A stretch of 64,000 nucleotides of DNA from Carcharhinus longimanus (GCA_030264375.1 JASCQW010000109.1:26703980-26767979), one strand, 5' to 3'. Shown: positions 12,985-25,049, counted from the first letter of the stretch. The notes: a model not told the origin generated them from the letters alone. A program made the numbers and translations.

Positions 12985-14250
12985 CAATTTAAGAGATTTG
13001 AAATGGACATCAGAGGAAATGCATTTTTATAAAGAATTGAAAGGCTATGGAATTTTCTTCAAGAGTGGGCATTTGATGCAAAAACCGTAGTGGTGATTGT
13101 TCCAACCCGCAGACTTCCTACTGGGCGCCATGACCTCCATGAGTCTTCAGGAGCCGGCTCTGTGCCAGAAATTGGCGAGGAGCTGAATCATTTATTTAAA
13201 TTATGAATATAATACAAATTCAATATCACTGCCCACTGGGCATTGGGCAGTGCCAAGGGGGTGGGCCATAGAAGGTGGGGCCTGATGGGGGTCGGGCTTC
13301 TAGGGGGAGGTCGGTGTGGGTCGGGAGTCCTGCTGCCTCTCTGCACTTGGGCTTGGTGACAGAGAGAGGGAGGCCAGCAGTTGGGGCTGGCCATCGGGGT
13401 GGTGGGGAAATTGGCCTCCCGGGAGAGAGGGATTTGGGGCTGCGGGGGCGGCAGTAAAAACTGTGAGAGAGTTGGGACTATGGGGGGGCAGAGATTGAGA
13501 CAGCCCGTGGNNNNNNNNNNNNNNNNNNNNNNNNNNNNNNNNNNNNNNNNNNNNNNNNNNNNNNNNNNNNNNNNNNNNNNNNNNNNNNNNNNNNNNNNNN
13601 NNNNNNNNNNGAGACAGCCCGTGGGGGTGGAGGGGGGTGGGGACGGGGGTGGGTGGGGTGGAAGGGGGGGTGGGGGGGGTGGGCATGGGGGGAGGAGATC
13701 GAAGCAGGCCGGGGGTGGGGGGATGCTGGGGAGGGGTTTTGGGGTCCAGGCAAGCCCGGAAATGGCCACTGATTGGGGTGCGAGAGAGAAAATCGTTGGC
13801 CAGCAATCAGGAGGCTGGCAGCGCGGGGGTGAGGCTGGCAGCGCATAGGCNNNNNNNNNNCTGATAGATCGGCGCTCAGGCAGTGGCTCGCTCAGTGCTG
13901 TGCTGCCAGCCTTTCCAGCGGGTATAGGCCTCGCCCAGTGATTTTTCATGTGAATCACGACAGTGCGCTCTGCAGTACACAGAGAGTGGGAGATTCATTT
14001 TGAAAATCCCACTGAAAAAAAAAACAAGGTGATTTACTCCAGTTTTTGCACAAATTCGATACTTAGAATATTTTGGGGAGAATCGCCCCCATATCAGTAT
14101 TTAAGGTAATGATGGACGGGAAGAAATTGAAGGAATATGGGAACAAGGATTGGAAATGTGACTGCAACTATTTACTTGCGGAGAGTAAATGCTGACACGG
14201 ACTGGTTGGGGGAAATCGTCTGATTTTGGGTGAAAACTTTATGTATAAAC
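12985..14250 (+). mobile_element. CR1 3' end split by the Harbinger element at 13092-14090
   Basis: CR1 3' sequence (..GGCTATGGAATTTTCTTC..GATGCA) stops at ~13090 and resumes at 14091 (ATATCAGTATTTAAGG..GAAGGAATATGGG). Confidence 0.65.
13092..14090. mobile_element. Non-autonomous Harbinger-like element, GC-rich, ~1 kb
   Basis: Right terminus TTTTGGGGAGAATCGCCCCC, internal GGGCAGTGCCAAG, and subterminal GTGATTTACTCCAGTTTTT shared with 28730-28810 and 45345-45420. Confidence 0.75.
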
Positions 14251-14254
14251 CCTT

Positions 14255-14425
14255 GTGCCCCTCCACCTTTTCCACTGCCATTCAAAACCTTCTTGAAACC
14301 TAACTTTTCAACCAAGATTTTGGCCTTTACTGTAACATCAAGGCTCAGAATTCATTCTATTATTCCAAATTGCTGTTCCCTCTCTATGTAAATCACTTTG
14401 GGACATTTTCATTGTTAAAAATATT
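14255..14425 (+). mobile_element. L2 LINE 3' tail fragment
   Basis: TTCAAAACCTTCTTGAAACC..ACCAAGATTTTGG..CACTTTGGGACATTTT resembles the L2 tail at 42455-42615. Confidence 0.55.
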
Positions 14426-14679
14426 CTTTAAATATGAATGAGATTCTTCAGTCCTTCACTGTTCACTGGTCAGTGTTAGAAGAGATTGTTAATTGAAGCA
14501 CTAGCCACCAAGTGCTGTGCAATCTCTTTAACAAGAGCCAGTGTGCAATTTAAATGAAAATCACACCCTTAGCAATCCTCTCAGAAGCCATTTCTAGTGT
14601 GTGCTTAAGCTCCTTTACCAAGATGGTTTCATGTGTCAAAGGTTAGCTAAAACTAATGTTGCAGTTCAAGAGACCATTA

Positions 14680-15066
14680 GGGTGATCTTACCCGCTCACC
14701 CCACTGATCGGTCAATGTGGTGAGCCAGTAAGATCAGGTGGAACTCAGGCTCACACCCACGCAATGTTACCGACACTGATTTGCCACTGAAATTGACTTT
14801 GCTCCTATAAAAGGCACAGTGATTTTGGGGAGTGGCTATTGGCAATTTCTGGGGCAGTGATTGGTGATCATGGTGGTGATCGGTTGGGCTTAGGAGGTGG
14901 CGATGACTGGGAGGTGGGGAGGGAGTGACATGAGATTTCCCAGTGTACCATGTACACAGTGCAAAGGAAAATCAGAGCGCCTGATCAGCAGCCGGCTTCC
15001 TGGTGAGAATAGGTTTCGCCTCATACCTTACTGGCAAAGATCACATCTTCTTGGTAAGATCAATCC
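14680..15066. mobile_element. Harbinger-type MITE
   Basis: Imperfect TIRs GGGTGATCTTACC / GGTAAGATCAATCC, preceded by TTA. Confidence 0.7.
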
Positions 15067-16249
15067 TCCTCCCCCCCTCCATCTTGGCCACATTGAGCTC
15101 CTTAGCACTGAATATACCTGGCGAAAATCATCCCCCACCCCCCAGCAAGGGACATTTCAATACTGACGCTCTATAATCATGCACATTTCTAATGTTATGA
15201 TTCAAGAGAAATTTGTCCTTCAATTATTTTCCCGTTCTTCATAACTGCAACAATAATGATGCGTTTCAGCATTTGATCATGTGCTGAAGCTGCCCAACAA
15301 AAATAACAATGCAATGAATGTCCGGAAAACAATGCACTATGGAGAAAACATTTAAAGGCATCTTAGTGATATTCCACAGAATCAATGTGAATACTATGGG
15401 TAACCTAAACCCAAAACAAATCATAAGTCCACAAAGCTCTTTTGGGTGAAGGTTGATGGTGGGGAGATAATTTGCTGGGAACAGTATGAGTTCAGGNNNN
15501 NNNNNNNNNNNNNNTTAGCTTTATTTTTCAGAGATTTAGAGCTGCAAACACTTTAGGATTATGAAGTTAAGGTGAGAAAAATTGTGGTGATATATACATT
15601 TCAATCCTTGTCAAAAACATCTATTGTTACATTAATTAATTATTTTTCATTAGTGGACATCTCCTGAGGACAGTATTTTCATCTCTTCAGATACTTACAG
15701 CCTGACAGGCAACTTTATTACGCCATAATGTCTATCTCCAGGCCTTAAAACTGTCAAAGGAGCTTAGTGACTGGCAAAGTTATGTGTAATTATATTCAGT
15801 GATTATGTTTAAGCCACATTGCCTTTTCCCTATTGGATTACACTCCTTTAGGCAACCAAATGAACACTTGTTTAGGAAGTAGACACAGGTTAGTGGAAAC
15901 AATACAGTTAGGTGCTATATGATGCCACCAGCTTGGGCTACTGAGCTCTGGGGAACCTCTGGTGGCTTTGCATTCAAAAGCTCTATTACCTCAATAGCCC
16001 ATGTCCGTCATCGTCCACTTCATGCACTTGCCAGATTAGTCAAAAACTCCTTGCGTACTCAAGCAAATATTGATGGTCCTAAATCTACCAAACGGAGCCA
16101 CCTTTTTCCACTAAATAAGTAAATATTTTCTTTTTCAATCTGGAGTCCAGTGGGGTGAGACACACCTCAGGGAATCTCAAAGCCAATTTCTTTATAGCCA
16201 GTGAAATACTTTTGAAATGTACTTGCTGTTGTACTGCAGGAAATTTCCT

Positions 16250-16635
16250 TGAGAATAGAACACTAAATGTTGTTAAGAGAGAGTTAAGATCATTAAAGGC
16301 TACGTAAGGTCAATGGAGAGAAACTATTTCCTCTGATGTGAAAGTTCAAAAGAAGGGGAATAACATTAAAATTAGGATGTGACCATTCAGCGTTGATGAC
16401 AGAAAATATTTTGGATGAAGATCGTGGAAATCTGGAACTCTGTCTCCTTTGTAAAGCTGCTGAGGCAAGGTTCATTAAAAACTTCAAAACTGAAACTGGT
16501 ATATTTATATTAGGCAAGCAGATCAAAGGTTACATAACCAGTGCTGGTAGATAGTGTTACAGTACCATTCAGCCATGATCTAATTGAATGGCTGATTAGG
16601 CTTGAGGACTGAATTACTTGTGTTCCTACCTTCCT
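16250..16635 (+). mobile_element. CR1 3' fragment inside the Deu SINE
   Basis: GGAGAGAAACTATTTCCTCTG..CAGCCATGATCTAATTGAATGG..TGTTCCTA. Confidence 0.8.
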
Positions 16636-16764
16636 AAATGCAAATTATGCAGTGCAAAATCCCACAAATAGCAACGAAAAATAGATGCTTAAATAATCTA
16701 TTTTAGTCATGTTGGCTGAGGGATAAATTTTGGATTTGGCACTGGAAGAACCTTCCTACTTTCC

Positions 16765-17045
16765 TTTGTTTAGTTTATTTATTAGTGTCACAAATAGGCA
16801 ACAAACATCAATACTGCAATGAAGTTACTGTTTAAATCTCCCTAGTCACCACACTCCAGCTTCTGTACAGGTACACGAAGGGAGAAGTTAGCATGACCAA
16901 TGTACCTAGCCAGCACATCATTTGGACTCTGGCAGGAAACAGGAGCACCCGGAGGAAACCCAAGCAGACAAAGGGAGAACGTGCAGTGTCCACACAGACA
17001 ATGACCCAAGCCGGGTCCCTGGTGCTGTGAGGCACTGTGCCACCG
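16765..17045 (-). mobile_element. HE1-head SINE with alternative tail B
   Basis: HE1 head at ~16925-17045 joined to TTTATTTATTAGTGTCACAA..CTGCAATGAAGTTACTG..CCCTAGTCACCACACTCC. Confidence 0.85.
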
Positions 17046-17606
17046 GGGAATCTGAAAGAACAGACTGTGCCTTAGTTGGTTGAACCTTTTATCTGAAAAA
17101 TGGTGTCTGCCCTGCAAAAGTGTAACAAACCCTCAGCACTATACTGAAGTGTCAGCTTCCATTGCATGCACGAGTTTCCAGTTTGGAAATTGAACTTACA
17201 ATCTTCTGACTTGAAGGAAACAATATTACCACCAAGTTAAGACTGAGACACAGATCAAAGAATTGTGCGCAGACGTTATGGTACCTGATTTGTGGCTCTG
17301 CTTGCTGATATGCTGATAGAGTGATATACATTTTCAGAGTTGCTACCCTTTCCATTTTATGTTGCTTGAAACACGAGTCAGAAATTTCAGTGGAGAGATT
17401 CATGTGCCTGATTCAAAAACTGAAAGCACTGGGAAGTGCAGACCCTCATGTTTGCTTTTCTCATCTGCACCCTTGTCAAGTGAGATTTCATTCACCCAAT
17501 GTTGTACCACAGAGACACAACTCATGACTATGCCACCAAAGGTAAGATTAATATCGGAAGCATTCTGTTGCAAGGATTGTACTTTTCCATCAGGACACCC
17601 GCAGTT

Positions 17607-18075
17607 TTAGAACATAGAATATAGAACGTTACAGCACAGTACAGGCCCTTCGGCCCTCAATGTTGTGCCGAGTTATGTCTAATCCCAAGGTCAAGCTATC
17701 CCCTCCCTATAATTCTGGTGTGCTCCATGTGCCTATCCAATCACTGCTTGAAAGTTCCTAATGTGTCCGACTCCACTATCACAGCAGGCAGTGCATTCCA
17801 CACCCCAACCACTCTGAGTGANNNNNNNNNNNNNNNNNNNNNNNNNNNNNNNNNNNNNNNNNNNNNNNNNNNNNNNNNNNNNNNNNNNNNNNNNNNNNNN
17901 NNNNNNNNNNNNNNNNNNNNNNNNNNNNNNNNNNNNNNNNNNNATGATCTTATTGAATGGCGGGGCAGGCTCGAAGGGCTAGATGGCCTACTCCTGCTCC
18001 TACTTCTTATGTTCTTATAAGACCAACCCAGGCAGCATCCTGGTAAATCTCCTCTGCACTCTCTGATGCTCCCCA
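17607..18075 (-). mobile_element. CR1 3' end (-) with an oppositely oriented CR1 tail (17945-18018) inserted; partly N
   Basis: Minus-strand ORF 'LRVVGVWNALPAVIVESDTLGTFK' is the CR1 ORF2 C-terminus. Plus-strand tail ATGATCTTATTGAATGGCGGGGCAGGCTCGAAGGGC. Confidence 0.85.
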
Positions 18076-18084
18076 CCAGCTTCC

Positions 18085-18970
18085 TGATGTAGGGTGGTGT
18101 TTAGGTTAAAATTACTTCCAAATTATCTGCAGAAGGTCAAACTGGATCACAGCTAGGAATGGTGCAAGGCTGATTAGCATATTTAATACATTACCCATTC
18201 GACACCCAGTTTCTGGAATCTTCCAACCTTCGTGTGTGCCATGATAATAGCAAGATTCACCAGGCACGATGGCCACGCCAGGGAGCTTGAAGACAATTGA
18301 AGTCCCTGGGTAGTTGGGAGCAAAGCCAGGAAGTGCCTGTCAGGCAGTGCCAACCTAGCAGTGTCCACCTGGCACACTGGCAGTGCCCAGCAGGCACCCA
18401 GCAGTGGCTACAAGGCACCTAGAAGTACACACTGGACACCCTGACAGTGCCCACCAGACACATTGCCAGTGCCAGTTAGACAGAGCCATAATGCCGGGGC
18501 AGTACCAAACCGGTAGGTCTTGAGTGGGGAGTGTGGCCTGAGTGGAGGCTATGACAGAGGGTCCAAGAGAGGGGGAGGCTTTGTTGGCGGGGGGGGGGGG
18601 CGGAGGCTCATGCCAGGGTGGAGCATGAAGGGGTTCATGATAAGGGGGCATGTCGGGAATCATGATGGGGGACTTATCAATCCCAGCGACTCATGGGGGA
18701 AACATCCTAATAGCAATGGGGGAGAAGGGGAAGGAAGTGTCCCAGTGCACTCTGAGATCGAGGCACCCTTGAAAAATGGTGCCTAGCGTTCTGAAGCCAG
18801 GTTCACCGGCATGTTTAACCCCACCCCAGTACCAGTGTGCAACTTGCCACTGTGCCAGAAAGAGAAGGCAATGGAGAGTAAAATTGGGACAGGTGTGTGA
18901 CCCATGTCTGATGGACCACTCTGGTATTCTCGCCGTTATGACACTATTCTTTTGGGAAAATTCTGTCCCA
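18085..18970. mobile_element. Non-autonomous Harbinger-like element
   Basis: Array of (G)GCAGTGCC motifs at 18340-18500 and terminus TTTTGGGAAAATTCTGTCC. Confidence 0.6.
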
Positions 18971-19084
18971 TGTGTTTGGGTCTTTGGTATCTTATCCATA
19001 TTGTGATTTAATCAGGACAGAAATGCAAGGGGCTGTATTATAATTTTGCTTTGACCTTCTCCCTTTATATCCATAAACGTGCAT

Positions 19085-19240
19085 TTCACAGGATAGGGTG
19101 TCAGTGGGTAACAATGAAGGACAGGAACTGTAGCTGATACCTTCCACTCACTAGCTCAGGAGATGGTGGTGCGTTAACTGCTGTGTCTGAGAACACTCAA
19201 TTCAGAACTGTCCTGGGATTTTTTGTTCTGTATGGCTCAG
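19085..19240 (-). mobile_element. Old, highly diverged LF-SINE-like shark repeat
   Basis: Weak similarity to the reverse complement of 34672-34935 (..CTGTATGGCTCAG end). Confidence 0.4.
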
Positions 19241-20789
19241 ATATGTGCAGCCATTATAGGAGTTTGCGTGCTTAAATAAGTATGTCACAAACCCACAACA
19301 AAGAATGTTAATGTAATAAGTAATTAGTAAACGATTTTTGAAAGGAGATCTGATGTTGAGGCTCCCCCTTTAAACTTTTCATTAAACATAATCCTTTTAT
19401 AAGGACAAAGTCTTATATTTTTGGGTGGGGAAAGCACCAGTTGGAAAAATAATTACTCGATGTTACACTTACGAACCTTTTAACATAGAAAGCATTCTTC
19501 AGTGCATTTTTCTCTGTCCATTTTGCCAGGTAGAGCTAAAATGCCACAATAAATACAGATCTTCCAAATAGATTAACAAATGTAGAGGGCAAATGAAAGG
19601 AAGTCTTTATCCCCGCAGATTTCTGTAAAGTATGTTAATCTATGGCCCTGGGATATGCTGAGCTCAGAAATAAAAGGAGGTCAAGAGAACAACTGATGTT
19701 TAAAATGTAATCTTTCAAGAACAAAACTCCAGGTAAGGTAAACAGAGACCAGGGTTTGGATTTTTGAATGTCTGTTGTAGTGAGTAATCTGCGGAGACTG
19801 CTTGTAACCTGTGGTGGAAAGGGAATGACCTATTAACTTTGCTAATCCATGAAAGTGCTTTCAGATTCTTAGATAGCTGTCAGCAATCCTCCAAAGACCA
19901 CCTCAGGCTTCTTTCTATCAATTTCATGCACGCACTTTACATTGGACACAAAAGTATTGATTATGAATGTTGCAGTTCACAAGGCAGCGTCCTAGACCAA
20001 ACAGAAATTTTTGTTTTGGGATTTTTTTAAAAAAGGAAAGAGTAGTGGGCAGGGCCTATTCTCACCCAAGAGGCTGGTAGCACATCTATGAGCAGGCCAT
20101 TGCGCATGCGCTGATCTGCCAGTGCCGAGATTATTTTAGTTTTGAACTATAACTATTAAACTATTAAATGATGATGCTGATGTCAGAATTATATCCTTTA
20201 TAAGCAATGAGAAAATATACTGAATCCATTTTAGTGTCTTAATGTGCATACTTGTCCTGCTGGCAATTTTATCAAATTGCTTATTAGCAAGCTGCTTATT
20301 GTCCTTTGTTCAAGATTGTTACTGCTTGTAAGGCACTTTCAAAGGCTGCATTTTTGAATACAAAAGTGACTCATCAGTAAGAAAACAGCAATCTCAAGGT
20401 TGCATCCAGCTCTACATGTTTCCTGTCTAGGAGGGGATTCCATCCCCTGGTCTTAATTGTTCCCCCAAGCCAAGCGACTTTTACTCTGTTGCATTGTTCT
20501 TAAAGGGACAAATCACCTCATACTTTCCCCTTTAACACCTTGAACAATATTCAGTAACAAAGCTTTTCAGTCCTGAATTTTAACTAAATATTATACATGA
20601 GTTGGATGATTACAAGTCAAGTCTTTAAGGGGTTTTCCTGTTTCTTGCTGAGCAGCAAAATTCTGTAGTCTGAGATGCTTCTGTAGTCTGAGAATCACCA
20701 ACAACTTGGTCCTGGTCTCTCCACACTGATGCTATAATTACGAAAGCCCACTAATACCTCTACTTTCTCACGCGATTAAGGAAATTTGG

Positions 20790-21505
20790 CCAGAAAGAGT
20801 TGTGAACGTAACCCAGTCCATCATGCATCAGCCTCCCATCCAATGACTCCATCAACACTTTCCGCTGCCACAATAAAGTAGCCACATAATCAAGGGCCCC
20901 ATGCATCCCAGACGTACTCTCTTCCACCTTCTTCTGTCAGGAGAACAAACAAAAGTCTGAGATCAGGTACCAGCTTCTTCCCTGCTGCCATCAGACTTTT
21001 GAATGGACCTACCCTACATCAAGCTGATCTTTCTCTATATCCTAGTTTTGACTGTAACACTTTCTTTTGCACCTTCTCCTTTTCTTCTCTCCTATGTACT
21101 CTATAAACAATATGTTTTATCTGTCTAGCACGCAAGAAACAATACTTTTCACTGTACCATGTGACAATAATCATAGAATCCCTACAATGTAGAAGGAGGC
21201 CATTCAGCCCATTGAGCCTGCACCGACCACGATCCCACCCAGGCCCTATTCCCACAACCTCACGCATCTATCCTACTAATCCCCCGACACTATGGCCAAT
21301 CAACCTATATCAGTGTGTCATTGGACTGTGGGAGGGAACTGGAGCACCTGGAGGAACTCCACGCAGACACGGGGAGTGACACGGAGTCTGTCACTCTGGA
21401 CAGACAGTGACCCAAGGCTGGAATTGAACTTGGAACCCTAGCGCTGTGAGGCAGCAGTGTTAACCACTGTGCCACCATAGTAAATCGAATCAAATCAAAT
21501 CAAAT
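20790..21505 (+). mobile_element. Rex/Babar-like LINE 3' end, with an HE1 inserted into its (AAATC)n tail
   Basis: AGAGTTGTGAAC..CCCAGTCCATC..GCTTCTTCCCTGCTGCCATCAGACT..AACAATACTTTTCACTGTA..TGTGACAATAA | HE1 | TAAATCGAATCAAATCAAATC. Confidence 0.7.
21171..21478 (-). mobile_element. HE1 SINE
   Basis: TCATAGAATCCCTACA tail through GTGAGGCAGCAGTGTTAACCACTGTGCCACC head. Confidence 0.9.
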
Positions 21506-21659
21506 TTAAAATACACAGGATCAATATTAGAAGAAACTGCAATATGCGTACATTTTCTGATTCAGGCAGTTCATTACTACTTGCTTCCATAGATACATTG
21601 TTATGTCACTGTTCAGTGCTTACAGGTTCAAAAACATTTCTTAATGGCAACACTAAGAT

Positions 21660-22055
21660 GCTCTTAGGCTTATTGGTGTTAACAAATTGTCCCTAAATTA
21701 GTCTTCCCTCAATCTGGTTATGGTTCCTTTATTGTGGAGTCCAATAGNNNNNNNNNNNNNNNNNNNNNNNNNNNNNNNNNNNNNNNNNNNNNNNNNNNNN
21801 NNNNNNNNNNNNNNNNNNNNNNNNNNNNNNNNNNNNNNNNNNNNNNNTTGCGTGGGTTTTCTCCGGGTGCTCCGGTTTCCTCCCACACCCCAAAGATGTG
21901 CTATTAGGCTGATTGGAGGTAATACATTGTCCCTAATTTAGTCTTCCCCCAATCTTCCCCAAGCGTCGTAGACAAAGGTGATGGGTAGAGGAGGGCACTC
22001 ACAATGTTAAAATGGCAGCGCGGGCTCATTGGGCTGAAGGGCCTGTTTCCCGTGC
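21660..22055 (+). mobile_element. HE1-related SINE variant(s) with a third tail type, spanning a 100-N gap
   Basis: GCGTGGGTTTTCTCCGGGTGCTCCGGTTTCCTCCCAC core. Tail ATGGCAGCGCGGGCTCATTGGGCTGAAGGGCCTGTTTCCCG recurs at 51370-51410. 21665-21713 resembles 21905-21955. Confidence 0.75.
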
Positions 22056-22252
22056 TGTGTTGCTCTTTGTTCTTTTGTACTAACTGCTGGAGTTCTCTGT
22101 ATTCCTCAAGTGGTCCACGTATTTAAGAATGATTTATCCCTCCATGTCTACTTGGTACAACAGGGGTCCGGTTTCAGAGACAATAATTCAAGGGATCTAA
22201 CTTGATCCAATACCGAAGTTCCATATTAAGTACTTAAAATGTTTTTTCTTAA

Positions 22253-24805
22253 TGTTGCAGCAGTGACAGCTCATTGATGAGGCTTGTGTGTTTAAACATA
22301 AACATTTTTATTGGTAGGTTTTAAGTACGTACCCTTCCAAATATGGTGTTGCATGGAGCTATTCCATGCAGGCTTTCTGCTTACCAAGTTCTGTCCTAGA
22401 CTGTTCTTTGGCCATGTGACTGCACACTTCACGCTGTGGCTGATGCCATTCTCCAGTCCCATGTTGACTCTTGCTTTGCTGAGCATCTTACAATATAATA
22501 CACGCAGGCATATATCATCACAATACAACAAAGTCTTATGTCTTGACATTTCTATTACAATCTCAGTCTGCCACTTGTGAAGGAATGGTCGTAGCATTCT
22601 GTTTCTGGTATTTAGGTCATGCGTTAAAGTTTCTTCTCTTTCCAGTATTTCAATTCAGCATCTTTTTTATCAACAATTTGATCATATTGGTCCCTGTGTG
22701 ACCATTTGTGCAACTAATTGTGTAACCATTTCAATAATCTTTTTCTGGCACATTAATCCCAGATCCTTTCTCTCTCTGAATTGTTGTTTTCCAGCTTTTC
22801 CCTCTTCAGTTAATTTTTCATTGTCAGGCTTCTAACTCCTATTCTCCCGATTCAATTCTTCACTCAACTTGCTCGTTTTTTTCATTGCTCTTTTTCATGT
22901 AGTTCAACTTATTCTACACTNNNNNNNAATTTCTCCTTCTTGACTTCACTTTGTAATTTTTTTGCAATTTCTTTATTCTCCAAGTTTGCTGTCAGTCATT
23001 TCACCTTGTTGTTTTATATCTTCTCCAGAGCTTTAGTGCTTTAATTCTTTTTGATAATTACTTTTTGTGTTCTATCATTTCTCATTTATTTTGAAATCTT
23101 TAAATTCTGCATTTCTTCCAAGGGAAACCATCATATTCAGACTGGACATATACATTTCACAAATAGAATCTTCATTTCTACTTGTCTTTACTTCAGCCAA
23201 ACCCTTTTTGCATTGGTTGGTTTGTCTCCGATGATGTAATGACTCATTTCCATTCTGCAATTCTCTTGTTGCTCTACTTCTGGAATCTTTCATTGCCCTC
23301 CTTATGACATCCATTTCCCTTCTGGGGTCTTCTATTGCCTCCTTTGAGACCTTTGTTGCCTCTTCTTTAAGGTCTACATTTCCTCATCCTTGAAGTCTTC
23401 ATTGCCTCCTCTGGGATCTTCTGTTGTTTCTTCAGAAAGTCCTCTGGGGTCCTGCATTGTCTTTTCCATTAGGTTCTTCATTGCTTCCTCTGAGATATAC
23501 TGTTGTCTCTTCTGCAAGGTCCTCCATTGCTTCTTACTTGATGTCTTCATTGTTTATGAAAGTTACCTTCTATCTCCGGTCTTTCCAAATTTTCCTGTCC
23601 ATAGCCTTTTGTTGTTTCCTGTGGTTGCCACTTTAAATGCATTGTCACTTTAAATGTATTACTTAAAGGTATTCCAAACTTAAGACTGTCATTNNNNNNN
23701 NNNAGTTTTAGTGTGAACCTGGCTGTTCTTTTTTGAACTTTCAATACTTCTACTTTTACCAAAGGAAAGCCCTTTCTGTCATCTCTGGAGTATTTTTTCT
23801 TCTGGCTGTATGGAGAGTCCATTTTTTCTTTCATTTATTTTTAAAGTGGCCGAAGTTCTCGAGGTCCAAGGGACTGTTGTTTTTAAACTTGTTAATTTTC
23901 TCTTTTCTTAAGTGGAATACTTATCCTCTTTCGACTCAAGCCTATCAGTGATTGCTGCTGTGAAACCTCTGGAGCTCACTTCTGATTCTGCTCATTGGGA
24001 GGTTGTCAGTTTTAGCTCCTTGATTTTTCAATGCTTCAGGTCAACTCACTGAAGTTCAGTTGAGGTTTTTTTTACTTAAAGCACTGCCTTCTGTTGCTCT
24101 TTTCAAAAAAGAAATTTTGCAGCAACTCTGCTATTCTTACTTAAAGTACTGCCTTCTGTTGCTCTTTTTAAAAAAAGAAACTTTGCAGCATCTCTGTTAT
24201 TCTTACTTAAGTTCTATTTTTTAAAACTTAAAGACATGACTCTTGCTACATAGGGTTATTTTTTCTTCTTTGTAAACATTTGACTGTACCAGCCATTTCA
24301 AGTTCATTCTGTGTCTGTCCCTCAGCCTCCCGACCACCTCCTAGTCTACAATGTAAGTGGAGGTACGTTTCTGTGTTTCACTCACCCTTCTTGTAGATCC
24401 CAATCCAGGGGTCTTTCTATGTTTTATCCACTGTCCACACATCTTGGAACTGTCCATCTTTTCTGATTTTACATTACTCACAGTCTGGCAATATTTCAAT
24501 ATCTCAAATGGGTCTACTTGCCCAAAGAGAGGCATTTTGGTGAGTACATACTTTTAGACTTTGATTAAAACAGGGTGACCACAGGCCAGAGGCAGTGCCA
24601 TGAACATTTTATCCTCATTGCCGAATGCAATAATGCCCTTTCGCAGACTCCATTTGTGAAAACAAAAGGGATTTATTAATAAGACAACAGCAGCCTCATG
24701 GCTGCACCCAGCTCCCTGCATGTCTCCTGTGGGATGCTTCCCACACTGAGTCCCAACTGGCCCCCCCAAACCAACTGTGTTACCCTTGAAGGGACAATCA
24801 CAACA
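22253..24805 (-). mobile_element. Non-autonomous or decayed Gypsy-type LTR element: LTR 24626-24805, PBS 24608-24625, gag start 24535, second LTR-like unit 22253-22530
   Basis: Minus strand: TGTTGTG..AATAAA..TGCA, then TTCGGCAATGAGGATAAA (degenerate TGGCGACGAGGAT PBS), then MPLFGQVDPF, a Gypsy gag-like N-terminus. Interior is A-rich. Terminal unit has AATAAA and ends ..CAACA. Confidence 0.65.
24073..24212. repeat. ~65-bp tandem duplication (two copies plus a partial)
   Basis: TACTTAAAG(C/T)ACTGCCTTCTGTTGCTCTTTT..AAAAAAGAAA.TTTGCAGCA.CTCTG.TATTCT occurs twice. Confidence 0.9.
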
Positions 24806-25049
24806 AATCACCACACTACTGCTTTTCAACCTTAGGTTATGAAGTGGAAGACTTGAAAGCAGATAAACAGCCACTTTTTCCAATAAGTCTTTATGCTAGT
24901 TAATTCTTTTTCATAATACATTAAAATTGATGGTTGTATTGATAAGATGGTTAAATTCTTAGATGATTTGACTATTGCTCACAGAAAGTATTGTGAAGAA
25001 CCATGATGGCTGGGAAATAACTGTGTGTCCTTTCCATCATAAAATGCCT

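Larger units (their letters stand above)
16165..17248 (-). mobile_element. Deu-domain SINE (SacSINE1-like) in three pieces, interrupted by CR1 and HE1 insertions
   Basis: Pieces AGCCAGTGAAATACTTTTGAAATGTA (~16195), AAATCCCACAAATAGCAA..GTTGGCTGAGGGATAAAT (~16655-16730) and CCCTCAGCACTATACTGAAGTGTCAGC..TTGAACTTACAATCTTCTGAC (~17130-17210) follow the order recalled for the reverse-complemented Deu-SINE. Confidence 0.7.

Noticed and set aside
13497-13624. GAGACAGCCCGTGG repeated on both sides of an exactly 100-N run
   Set aside because: Most likely a scaffolding overlap or collapsed-repeat artefact rather than a biological TSD.
13188-13958. 256-aa proline-rich ORF and overlapping Gly-rich ORFs
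   Set aside because: Low-complexity GC-rich interior of a non-autonomous DNA transposon, with gaps; not a gene.
20661-20693. Tiny tandem duplications (TTCTGTAGTCTGAGA x2; CTGTTGGTAACAT x2 at ~30988-31013)
   Set aside because: Ordinary slippage duplications with no further structure.
23285-23545. Regularly recurring motif resembling a CRISPR-like array
   Set aside because: Units are degenerate and irregularly spaced, the context is a eukaryotic LTR element, and there are no cas genes.
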